From the human T2T-CHM13v2.0 reference genome, Homo sapiens, in assembly GCF_009914755.1 (NCBI RefSeq), contig NC_060925.1: a stretch of DNA of 64,000 bases. One strand, 5' to 3'. A program made the position numbers and the translations under genes. The notes beneath the pieces were generated by a model. That model saw only the letters and a program-made list of their open reading frames with translations. It was not told the DNA's origin and did not search any database. Below, in pieces: positions 43,967-55,985 of the stretch. Positions within the stretch are counted from its first letter, which is position 1; every line of letters begins with the position of its first letter.

Positions 43967-44062
43967 CTTGGTAATGGAGAGTCACCAGAAGGATGTAAAT
44001 GAGTTGTTAACATGGCACTTCGTTGCCACAATAATTTAGAGCCACTAGCTAGCTTGATGTGT
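43967..44062 (-). other. Candidate 96-nt exon
   Basis: catttattgcag|ACAC...CCAAG|gtaagt; one open frame containing GCCATG. Confidence 0.35.
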
Positions 44063-45329
44063 CTGCAATAAATGTTTTATTATTTAGGAAAAATACACTA
44101 TACAAGTTGCAATGTGCCATGCTCATTCATGCTGTAAATCAACAAAGATCAGCAGACTGAATAGAAAAATGAAAAGCTTATTTAGAAACTGACATAAGCT
44201 TTCAGATGAGCAGGGATGGTTGAAGTTAACTGCATTCATTTTTCTTTGCTTGTCATATTTGCCACTTGAATTTCACTGCTAAAGATAGAAGATAGTCTTG
44301 CTTTATGAAATTATATCCACAGAAACAGTGTTTGCATTTATATAGATATAGTCATAATAAAGTGGAATATAAAGAAGCCACACTAAAGTGATAGTAGCCC
44401 CAAATTTATGAAGTGTGGGATGGAGTTTGCTACTCCACATCTCTAGACTCAGGGAAATTGTTCCATGGAGATCAAGGCTCATGTTAGAAGCCATGTCATG
44501 CGCCAGAGCCATATAGTAATTGCCAGGCAATACTATAAAGCACCATAAAGTTTAGCATTTGTAAAGCACCTGGCAATTTTTCTTTTATTTACATTGCTTC
44601 CATTTTGACAAACCCAAGATCCTAGAAAAATTATCACTGTGTTCTCAAACCAAGTAATGCCAGTTGAGAGATCAACATAGACCAATGAAGTGTGACCTTC
44701 ACCATGAGAACTCCCTACACTCACTGTGGTCACCTAGAAAGTTCCAAAGTTGGCTACAGGTGAGGTTCTCGGTGTTGAAACAGCGAAGTGTGGAATCCAG
44801 GCTGTTGTCCCACCTCCTGCCCTGAGAGAAGGTGTCCTGGGCTACTGAATTCCAAATTCTTTTGTGTAAAAGTGACACGGGTAATTGACACCCACCCACT
44901 TTAGTGTTACTTTCATAATAACATCATTAATCTGTACTATATAATGATCCTTTTCTATGTAAAGTTCGTCAGGGAATTGGTGAGGTGTTAACCACCAAGT
45001 TGAGATTAGCTCTTCCTGGAGGTAGATTTGTTACAGATGTCAGGGCCATAAGCCCAAGTTAAAAAGAAGAAGAAAAAAGTTATATTATTGATTTATTTAT
45101 GATGATAAAAAATCAGAATCCTAGAAAGGGAACATGTAAGTTATAATGTAGCTAGGTGTAGTAAGATGGGAAAAGGGTACTTGGCAATAAACAGCTATAG
45201 AATGAGTTGCCATGAGGCTGAGCTTATGGAAATCCAGGGAAGGGCCCCAGAGGTCATGAGGACGTGAGAAAGGCTATCGAGGAAATGTCAGTGATAAAGA
45301 AAATGCAGAAGCAGAGCTAAAGATAAATT

Positions 45330-46016
45330 TTGGGGAAAGGGGAGTGTAATTTATACATAGTGAAAGTCAGAAGTCTTAAAAGTATAGTTCAATATATGTT
45401 GACAAATACATATCCATCAAATTCATACCTCTGACAAGCTCCAGATTTTTATCACCCTAAGAAGTTTTCTGTACCTCTTTCCAAACAAAATCACCTCCTA
45501 TCATAGGCAATCAATGTTTTACGTTCTATTATCATAGATTACTTTTCCGTTTTTGAACTTATTATCAATAGAGACACACATTATCTACTCTCATGTCCCA
45601 CTTCTTTCACTCATATTGTTTTTGAGATACATCCTTGCTCTTGCAAGTATCAATAATTCATTCCTTTGTATTCTAAGAAAGCATCTTATCGTATGTGTGC
45701 ATGTGTGTATATATATATATATATATATCTCAATCTGTTTACTGTTTCTCCAGTTGATGAATTATTGTTTCCATTTTTTTATATTATGAATAACACTGCA
45801 TGAACATTCATAGACAAATCTTCATGTGGACATATTTTTTTAAACTTCTCTTGGATAAACACCTAAGAGCAGAATTGCTGGACAAGTACACATTTAGCTT
45901 AATAAGAAGCTGCCAAACTATTTCTCAAAGTGAGTTTACCATTTTATAACCTCAACAACAACATTAGGAGAGTTCTGATTGCTTCATATCCTCATCAACA
46001 CTTGGTGTTGTCAGTT
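45330..46016 (-). mobile_element. L1MD/ME 3' end with (TA)n at ~45708-45729
   Basis: 'cttggataaacacctaagagcagaattgctgg', 'cctcatcaacacttggtgttgtcag'. Confidence 0.8.
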
Positions 46017-47239
46017 AAAACTATACATTCTACATTATACACAATTTGAGACAGAAATAACTGAAAGTTTAAAATTATGCACAATGTTTACATTATGCTA
46101 GTAGAAGAAAAAGCATTATTACATGATGTAAGTTAGAAGCATGCCCTACAAACTTAGTGTTCATCACACAGTGAAATGATTTCATTGGCATTCATCATTA
46201 ACTTCTTTTGATAAGCTAGTGTGTATTTTTCCATTACCTCAATAAAATATCATGAATTGGTATTAGCCTGCTAAGATGAATACCAGCTGTTTTAAGATGC
46301 TAAACTATAAATGTATTTGGAATTAATATAGAGCCTTAAAAAGCTTACCATAATCTAATATTTGTTGCACTTAATTTCTTAGATCTTGCAAAAAGTCTGG
46401 AGATGTGGAAATCTAAGTGATAAAAATCTCCTGCAATTGTGAAATAATTTATTATTCTTGGACTCTAGTTTTCCTTTTTGAAACTAGAAATGATATTAAA
46501 GAGAGGGTTGTGGGAAGAGAGAGAGAGAGATTAATCTGGGATCTGTGGAACTCTAGGTAGTCTGTGCAGGGCAAAATAAAGTCTGTGATCATTCTGAAAT
46601 ACTATACTAAATTTCGTTTGTATAGTGTATCAGAATTTGTATGTGAATGAGGAAGGATTGTGTGCTCAAAAGAGTTTATGAGCCAGTATCTTAGTAGGGC
46701 CTGCTACCATCTTGGTATTTTTTTGATAGGTCTACTAAAAGAGGCTCTGATTGCTGTTGGCAATTAACTTATTTGGCTAAGCCTGTCCAGCTGCTTCAAA
46801 CCTTTGCTGTTGGAAACAGTTTTGGGTGTGCACAAGCAGATATTACTTTACTATTTCATATGATTTTCATAAAAAATTTTGAAAATCATTCCTTATGAAC
46901 AGAGTAGACTTAACTCTGGCAGCCCAAAATGGATGAAGCTCTTGGTGCTTATCAGGAAAAAGAAAAAGCATTGCTTTCTATCTCTACTTTGATAATAAAA
47001 GGAAGTCTTCCTGCTACAACTATTTTGTGAAAATAAAGTTGAATGCCTAAACATACAACAGAGAACACTCACAGGTAAGGTTTATGAACCATGACTAACC
47101 TTGTCTCTGTGCATTTTAGCACATCTTCCCAAGATGACCCAACTTTCATGCTGCCCCAGTTTAATCTAAAATTAACCTTCATGATGCCATTTCCTGTGTG
47201 GTGCCTGCCTTTGAGTGGTGTCATTGTCACACAGTGATT

Positions 47240-47395
47240 TGGTTCACTAGTTCACGGCGTTCATTTGGACAAGTTACCACTAATGTGTCTATGCTTCAGT
47301 ATTCTCAGCTGTGAAGGAGAAATGACCCTGTTAACAGCATGCTTCCCTGAGGTGTTGTGATGGACAGCCAATACAATTATTGTGAAACATTTTAC
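47240..47395 (+). mobile_element. MIR (diverged)
   Basis: 'ttggacaagttaccac...gcttcagtattctcagctgtgaa'. Confidence 0.55.
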
Positions 47396-49149
47396 CCGAT
47401 GCAAAAAAAGGAGTTTTATGGGAAAGTTATATGACCTTCTCCCTGGCATTACATAATGGTTCAGAGAGCTTGTGTATTGCTTTATGAAAATATTTATTTA
47501 GAAAATGCCTTGACAACATTAAGCAACCAGTGTTTTACAGTATAAAATATTAAGACTACTTTTATTACTTTTGCTATCATCAATTGTTATTATTATTCTT
47601 ACTGCTGTAAATGTGAAGGAAGATCCACAATTGTGGACGTTAGGGGATTTTCAAAAGTATAATGAACGGCTGAGCCATAATACATTATTATGGTCCTCCT
47701 ATTAGCCCAACCATCCTGAAATCTGTACAGGTGCGTATGACAGATGTGAGAATAATATCTAAATATTTTCTTATCCACAAAGGAACAAAAAACAATTAAA
47801 TGCAAGTTATGAATTGGATTTCAGCCTGAGACACATTGGGTGGCTTGGTTAGACTCCAGTAACCCTACCGATAGAGCAATGTGATGCTGTTTTCCAAGGC
47901 AAAATAAGACTTTGGTTAACTAGAAAATAACTAAAATTGAAACCTCAGTTAAGTAGACTCTACCAACCCCATTTAGAGCAAAAATAAATTATTTTTTAAA
48001 AGCAAAAGGAAGAGTTTCCAAAAAATGAAGTGAATAAGCAAACAAATTCAAATTCTAGAGAACCTGAAAAGAAAGCTGCTTGATAATATCAACTGATGGT
48101 AAATTAGGATTCTGGGAACTCTACTCTCTATGAGGCTGTTTCAGATGCTTTATAGACATTAGCTATAATTCTCACAGGAAGACTTTTATAGTTCAATGCT
48201 GATTCAAAAAGGTTACAACTTATTTATGTCATTGGTAAGTTACCAAGTGGGGGTTCAAACCCAGCTCCATCTAACGTTTTTCACAACAGCAGCAGCATGC
48301 CTCATTAGAACTGGAGTTATGAAGAAGTTGATGTAAATTACAAGAAAGATAACTTATTTACTCAGATATATTAGTTTGAATAAAATCTATGAGTAGTCTG
48401 TGGATTTTCTGTTTGGTAGGACACTTCAAAAAATTTAATAATATGCTTTATGACATTATAAAAGGTGGCTGTACTAGGCAACATTACCTAAATGTAATTA
48501 ATTATGGAGCATTTACTTGGAGGGTTGCAGGGAAAGGGACTTTGCTGGACCAGCATTTCATTGAAATGTCACTACATCCACTTCTACCTGCTTTTGCAAA
48601 CTAAACTTTATATTCATAGTGATTAATCTGAGAAATGCAAACTTGTAAATGTATTTAAAATGCATTGCCTATAATGTATTTAATAAGGAAGGGAAAGACT
48701 CTTAGGCATCTAAGAAAAATGTTTGATAAAACTTTAAACAAAAGACTTCTAGTTAACTGGAAAATACAGCTAACTAGAAAAAGCATCCTTTAATTACTTT
48801 GAGTAACAGGTTGTATTGAGCAAACTTGATACTCTTATTATACCAGTAATCATTCTGCTTTATATTTAAAATTTAGCATGAGGCCACAGCAGACCCTTTT
48901 GTTTGGATAACTCAGTAGCCATCCCCAATTCTCTTCATCTTTGCCCCTTTCTGTCACAGAAAGTGAAAAAAAAATTCCCCTTTTCCTATTTACTTTCCTA
49001 ACTTTTTTTGAAACTAATGATAGTACCAGAGCACATATTAAACAGTGAGACATAAGCATAAGGCTTAAAAATTTTTGTGGAGGACTAAAGATATATTAAC
49101 AATAGCCTAAAAAAATATGTTTTTAGACAAAGGGTCAGTTTTTTTTTAA

Positions 49150-50235
49150 ACAAAGCTTTATTGGGATGTGAATAATGGACAATAAATTTTATTAATTTAG
49201 GTGCATAATTTGATTAGTTTTGAAAAATACGCAGTTAGGTGGCTACCACCACAACACAGATGTAGAAAATTTAAATCATCCCCCAAAAATTTCCTCATGC
49301 CCTCTGCAGACAAACTTCTTTCTTCACACCTCACCTCTGTCAAACATTGATCTGCTCTACCTTCCTGTAGCTGTTTTCTAGAAATTCGTATAAATGAAAT
49401 CACGTAGCATGTTGTTTTTGGTCTAACTCCTTAACCATTAGCATTATGCTTTTGAGATTCACGGACGTTGTGTGTACCTGTAGTTCATTTATCTTTTACT
49501 TGCTGAATGGTATTTCATTTTATGAACATAACATGATTATTGCATCTATTCCCCCATTGATGGCCATTGGGTTGGTTGTTTACATAATTTGGTAAAGCTG
49601 CTGTGACAATTTGTGTATGTGTCTTTGTGTGGATGTATATGTTTATTTCTCTTTGGTAAAATACCTAGCAAAGTTCCTTGGCGTTATTTTGATACTCTCA
49701 AACAGTACTTTTAGACCGATACACTGCTGAAGACTCGACCTGGTGCCCTCAGGTGTTGAACTCACTCTCTTTTGGCCGATACAGTTATAACCTGTCCCAG
49801 CCCTGTGTCAACTCTAGATATGTTTTGTCATCCTGCTTTCCAGTGGCTCTCCTCTCAACCTTGTGGATGTTTCCTCCTATGTGCACAGATCCTTATTCAG
49901 CAAACAGTTGACCTCCCTGTGTCTCTCCAGAGCAATCTCTGTGTGCAGCTCCTGACACTCTCATGTTTGGATCTGCCAATTTAAATGACGCTGCCTTCAT
50001 AAACTCTGATCTCTGCATTCTAAACTCATGGAGACTGCTGGGTTGTGTTCAGCTCCCCTCACCTTGTTGTGTGGCCTGGAAACTGCCTCTGGGCAGTAAA
50101 CTGGTGTAATTGCTCACTTTATTTACTTTTTCTCAAGATCACAGTCTTATGCTTCCTGATGGCCAATGTTGCTGTTTATGGTGAGAACAGAACTTCTCTG
50201 ACAGTTACTCTTTTAGGGCAGAAGTGTAAGTCCAT
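49150..50235 (-). mobile_element. L1MD/ME: 3' end (49150-49675) abutting 5' UTR (49680-50235)
   Basis: 3' motifs 'catcccccaaaaatttcctcatgccc', 'tttctctttggtaaaatacctag'; the 5' part resembles the reverse complement of the subunits at 33240/33543. Confidence 0.7.
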
Positions 50236-50479
50236 GCATCAGCTTTTAATTAACTATGATATAGTGGTGAGGAAATGAGTTAGACAATAAAAATAGTATT
50301 TCTATAAAATAAGCATATACCAAGAAATATGCAAAGACATTCCATTTACTTTCTGATTGTAATGCTGAATCTTGAATGATTTGTAGGGAGTATCCCAACA
50401 GCATTCTGGGAAGGAATGAAATCAGAGCACCATAATTAATTTTAAAATTAATTATTTATATTATGTTAATAATAGTTTA

Positions 50480-50655
50480 AAATGTATACATAGTAGTAAT
50501 ACCATATATTTTATATGCATTATCCTAGCTGACCCTCATTACAACCTTAGACAAATTGCAATCTTGCTCTTTATTTTGCAGATGTGAAAAGTGATGTTAA
50601 AAGGTAAGTGACTGACCCAGAGTCACAAAATAGCAAATAGTTGAAACAGTATAAT
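50480..50655 (-). mobile_element. MIR
   Basis: 'attttgcagatgtgaaaagtga...gtaagtgactgacccagagtcaca'. Confidence 0.7.
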
Positions 50656-50659
50656 TGAT

Positions 50660-52240
50660 TAATTAAATCAATCTATAGATATTTACTAATAAGCATCTAG
50701 TCTGTACCAGGCACTGGGTCAAATTAAATACATAAAGATTAAGAAAATGACTTCTACTCTTACATAATTCAAATCTTTCAGGGAAATTTTCAAAACAATA
50801 TAAGATGCTAATGTATTCACGGAGGATAGACATCTAATCTAGACCTCAGGAAGAGAGGAGGTTAGGGAAAGGTTCCTGGAGGAAATAACATTTAAACAAT
50901 TTGGAGAAATGAGTAAAAGTTAAATAAAGAAAAAGAGAAAAATCATTCCAGGGCAAAGGAAATCCAGTCTGTGGCACTTCCTCAGCCATCTCCAAGATTC
51001 AAATCTGTTTCCCTCCTTCTTATCATAACTAAGAGAGTAAGAAATTCTCCCAGTTTTAATGACTCCCACAACTAGGCTAACAATTCAAAAATTTAATTTG
51101 GTTCGTTACCCAGCCTCCAGCCTTTTGTGTAAATAATAGTATTCATTTCACATGGACCTTAATTCTTACATGACAAGACGTATTATACTTTGCTGATTTT
51201 TTTTTCCTCTTAGAAATAATATGTTTTTTTCCAACTCCCTGTTCAGGTTTAACAATTTTTATTATCCAATTTTATAAACATTCTTGAGCTCTCTTTTGGT
51301 AACAGACATGTGCTAAGTGCTGCAGGGGATACGAGGGTAATTAAAATATATTTCCTTTCCATAAAGCACTGATAATTTAGCAAGATGACTTAAACAAGTA
51401 CATGACTGGCTTTGCTACAAGTAAAGGTGAATCTGTTAAGAAAAACAGTATTTGAAAGGGAGTTCAGAAGAGGGAGACACAAAAACTGCTTAGAAAAAAA
51501 TCTAGAAAGGCTTTATAGAGGAGAAGACTTTTATCAGCTTTGCAGAATGGGCAATTTTGATAGGCAAAGAAAAGGGGAGAACATTCCAAGTATGGTAGAT
51601 GTAAGTGGGGCATAGGTTTTATATGAAGAAGTGGTGGAGATGAGACCAGAAAAACGCCACATTTCAGAACCTTGAAAGCTGTGATAAGAAGTCACTATAT
51701 ATTTTGGTAGACAATAAAAAACCACAGGTTTTCTAGAAGTGACGTGAAGAGAGTGCATCTTAAGAAAATTATTTTGGCCCTAGGATGTATGATATCTCAG
51801 AATTAGAAGAGATATATAGGACGTGAGAGAAGCTGGAAGACCAAGTAGGAGTTAATAACAGAGTTGTAAGTGAGAAATAAAGGAGATGCCATACAGGGTT
51901 GTGGTTGTGAGGATGCGGGGGAGGAGCCAGGCTACTTATGAAAAACATTTCTAAGGTGAGTTTGGCAAACAAATGGATGTAGATTGTCATGCCTAGGAGA
52001 AGGAAAAGCAGAGAAGGGCTGTGAGACAGGTGTACTGAATAAATGATAACTCCATTTATGGGAGCAAGGAAGTCTAGAGAAACTGGGCGTCTGGAGGCCT
52101 AGAAGAGTTGGTGGGACATCAAAATGGAGAGATATAACAAATCGATGGAAATGTGGCACTAGAATTTTGGAGAAACACTACACTTTGTAAAGAAATAGAT
52201 GAGGTTCCCAGAGGCAAGAATAGAGAGAAGAAAAAAGATC
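50660..52240 (-). mobile_element. L2 fragments
   Basis: 'taagcatctagtctgtaccaggcactgg', 'agggaaaggttcctggaggaa', 'ggcaaacaaatggatgtag'. Confidence 0.6.
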
Positions 52241-52419
52241 TTAAAAGCACTTCATAACTGCTTTATCAACCATTAGACAATGTTTACCTTTCTTGATTTT
52301 TCCTAATTTCAAAGCTTCCTGTAACATAAAACAAGTGTTTTTTATGACTGTTCTCAAAGTATATACATGTTATGTTTTCAGACATTTATTTTAACTGATT
52401 GTTAGCTGATCTACATTAA

Positions 52420-52635
52420 AGCTGTTATTTGATATAGCCTAGTGGGAAAAGTTAAAAAGGCTTTGGTTCAGTTGTTCTCTAGTTGTGAAGGTACTGAGCC
52501 TGTGAGCCTGGGTTTTCATCTGTCCTATGAAGTGCTAATACCTAGGATTTTTAGTAAGATTAAATGAGATAATGGTTGTAAAAAATTTAGCATATTGCCT
52601 GCAGCATAGCAGAAGTTTAACTCTTATGTATTGTA
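52420..52635 (+). mobile_element. MIR
   Basis: 'gttttcatctgt...aagattaaatgagataatggttgtaaa'. Confidence 0.7.
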
Positions 52636-53033
52636 AGATAGTAAGCAAATGTCCTTGATTCCCTATGAGCCTGGAAATAAAATGTCTTAAACTTACTAGG
52701 ATGTTCTTAAGATAAGGCAAAGAGGAAAAACGTTCCAAACAAAATAAAACAATAGGCTTCAAATCAACGAGAGGTTTTTGTTGAAAGTAATATGACTCAT
52801 TAACAAGAGCTACTGCACAATTTCCTTTCTAAGTATTTTTAAGGGATAGCATGATAACCAATTGCTTATTATGAGTTAATCTTTATGGGGGTTTCAAATA
52901 GCTTTGTGCTTTTTAGAAATTTATTTTTTTGTGGATATTATAAAAACCTGTTGACTTTAAGAGTAACGAAACAATCTGGGATGTTTGGGTGATCATACTG
53001 AAAATGAAGGTCAAATGTTCTGCTACAAAATAC

Positions 53034-53465
53034 TGATGCAGAATTTTTGCCCCTTAGTTCAGCTAAATCTGGGTTCTTGTATCACGACCAGGAGAAATTA
53101 GGCACGCAGACACACTGAAGGGTGACAAAAGCAGAACGTATTGGGTGAAAAGGAAAAACAAACAAAAAAAACAGCAAAGCAAAAGGGAGTCCTGTCGACA
53201 GGCTCCCAACTCACAGATTGAATACCACAGACCACCACGCAGAAGCTGAAGAGGCCAGGCTCCTCCCCCTGCACAAGGCGTGAACTTCCTGTGGCTCCAC
53301 CCATTTTCCCAGTGTGCAGGTGGATCTTCCCCAGTCTGTTGTGGGCATGGGCAGACAAGACCTGGGCAGGTTTCCTCATCTCCACGAAAGCATCTGATGT
53401 AATCACTTGTGGGGCGGGTCAGAGATTCTCTGGGGACCTCCCTCATCTACCTCCTGCGTCAGTCA
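53034..53465 (-). mobile_element. ERV1 solo LTR (MER48/MER83-like, subfamily uncertain)
   Basis: TG...CA termini; 4-bp TSD atac (53030-33, 53466-69); 'ccttagttcagctaaatctgggttcttg'. Confidence 0.85.
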
Positions 53466-55279
53466 ATACCACCCAAGATTGTTTGGAGAGATGGTTTTAA
53501 AAATAAGGGTTGGCTCTTCCATAATTTTTTTATCTTTAATTGTGTGCTATTTATAAGAGACTACATATTTTGATTATCAATCTTAGCGTAAAACATATTT
53601 GAAGAAGAAGATAGATGTGTATGTGTGTGCATACATGTGTAAATGAGAAACTAAGCTTTAACTCACAAAATCAAAGCAATGTAAATGTGTTTTTCTAAAA
53701 AAAATTGCCATACCTTGTGCTTTTGAGTGTTGCTGTCAGAAAATTACTGAATCAATTTTTGTACAATCTATGCTTGGAAGAGTAAACATTAAACCTTCTC
53801 TCAAAATATTTTCTAATTGTCAATTAATATATTTAAAACAAGGACATCATCATTTATCACACACACACAAACTGAATTTTGTTGAGAGGTTAAGATAAAG
53901 TGACATATATAACAACCGAAAGACAGGTTGCCTTCAAAAAGTGATTCATGACATTGGAGAATGTATAATTGATGTGTGTGGTTGTCTGGACGGTAAAATA
54001 ACAATGCCATCCATTAGAGATGAGAGCTCTAACAACTCAGGCAGGGAGGCAGTATGTATTTTATAGGTCATCTGGGTTCCATTTGGATCTACAGGTTGCT
54101 ATTCCTTCTCCATACTTGAAAGCGTTTAATGGATTATTATAAAAGGAAAAAGATGGTATGCAATAATGGTTTAAATTGGAGCTCTGTGTGTATATCACCA
54201 CTGTGTGACTCCTAAATGAGAGCTTCATTTTTTAAATTCTCATATGGCGTGCTCGAAAGTTTGCCAGCACATGAAGGAATCAAAACAATGAATTCAGCAG
54301 CAGGAAAGAAGGACAGAACACCAGGGAAAAGGGGGATTTTTTTTCTTCTTTCCTCTCTTTTGGCATCCATGACTAAAAATAGACCAGTTCATCAGAAATG
54401 ACATTGCAGATAGTTCCAAACTTCAAATAAGCAGTAATTGAGCAGTGTTTTTAGAAAACACATTGATTCAGAAAATGGGGTACAGGAACAAAGCTTAAAA
54501 CCATCAGGAAAAAAAAGCTGCTGGGGGAAAGATCTTGATAGTAATTGTGGTGAAAATCAAATCAAATAGCAACTCATCTGGAAAATCCCCCCTCTTTTCT
54601 GAAATTGAGATAAGCTTCAGGGTGGAGACTCTTTTCTGCATTGTTAGCCATGAGTATAAAAGTTTATTTCTGCTTTTAATGAATAGTATTTTAGAAATGT
54701 AATGAAAGATAATTTTACTGGATTTCCCCAAGGAAAAGCCTTAGCTTAATTATATAGGCAGTCCCAGTCATTCTAGCATAATACGTATAATATATATGCA
54801 TAGATACGGGTATTTCCAGTTAAAATAAAATGCAATGGAATTTGAGTAATCAGAAAGCAATGAAAGGAAAGAAGGTGGATCAGAAATGATGAGGTATTAT
54901 TAAGATACTTCTGGTTTATGGTGATACATATTCTAAAATAAGGATCTCTTCAGGTTAGCCTCAAAATGACTGTCATTTCTAAGAACAAACTTACTTTGCT
55001 GGGGTTTGAAGGAAGATGTTGGGGATATAGAGAGAAGAAAAAGGTATAATTAATAATTTCATTAGTTCATATATCAACCAGGCTATACACAAAATATCTT
55101 CTATTAAATTGTGGTGTGACATATTTATCATTTGGCAATTGTGAATTAGTAACATAGTGTTTATGGCCAAAATGCAGAAGGACAGTTCTCAGTCTTCCAG
55201 GTAAGTACATGCTTTTTACAGGCATACTTAGTGGCTATTAGATGATTCTTGGTGGAAGACCTTGTTATTTTTTTCCTTG

Positions 55280-55783
55280 AGTATAATATTTATACATGAA
55301 TTCTTTTTCAAAAAGCATCAAATGATCACACACTCTGCACTAAATACTGTATCAGGCACTGATGATACAAAGATAAATGAGATAAGATTCCTATCTCATC
55401 CTCAAGGAGTTCAGAGGATATGGAGGACTGACATGCTAAGTACAATATTATAGAATAAGTTATCCTATGAACAAGATGTTGTAGGAGCATAAAAGAGTGG
55501 CTCACTCACTGTGTCTGGGTCCTGTACAAAGGCTATGGAGATATGGGAGCTGAGTCTTGAAGGGTGAGTAGAGTGAGTAGAGATTCACCAAGTGGAGAAG
55601 TAGAGACAGGACATTACAAAAAGAAGAAAGCCCAGGACACACAAACACACCTATGTGAGACAGCATAGGATATGCATGAAATGGCAAGTGGCTCATAGAG
55701 TCTGGAGTTCAGGGTGCCTGGAGGACTGCTTAGGGGAATGAGACAAAACATGAGGCTAGAGAAGCAAGTGGGTGTTGGGTGCT
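55280..55783 (-). mobile_element. L2 3' fragment
   Basis: 'atcaggcactgatgatacaaagataaatgag...cctcaaggagttca'. Confidence 0.7.
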
Positions 55784-55985
55784 TGTCTTAGTCCATTTGG
55801 AGCCACTACAACAGAATACCTGAAGATGAGTAATTTATAAACAAAAGAGGTTTATTTGGCTCATAATTCTGGAGGCTGGAAATTCCAAGAAGATGGCACT
55901 GGTACTGCTAGGCTTCCAGTGAAGGCCCTGTGCTATATCACAACGTGGCAGAAAAGCAGAAATGGAAGCAGATCCACAGCAGAAA
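55784..55985 (-). mobile_element. MST/MLT1A-type LTR, truncated
   Basis: 'tgtcttagtccatttgg...taatttataaacaaaagaggtttatttggctcataattctggaggctgg'. Confidence 0.85.

Noticed and set aside
53063-53500. Three overlapping ORFs up to 127 aa
   Set aside because: They lie in a GC-richer LTR where stop codons are scarcer; no recognisable protein.
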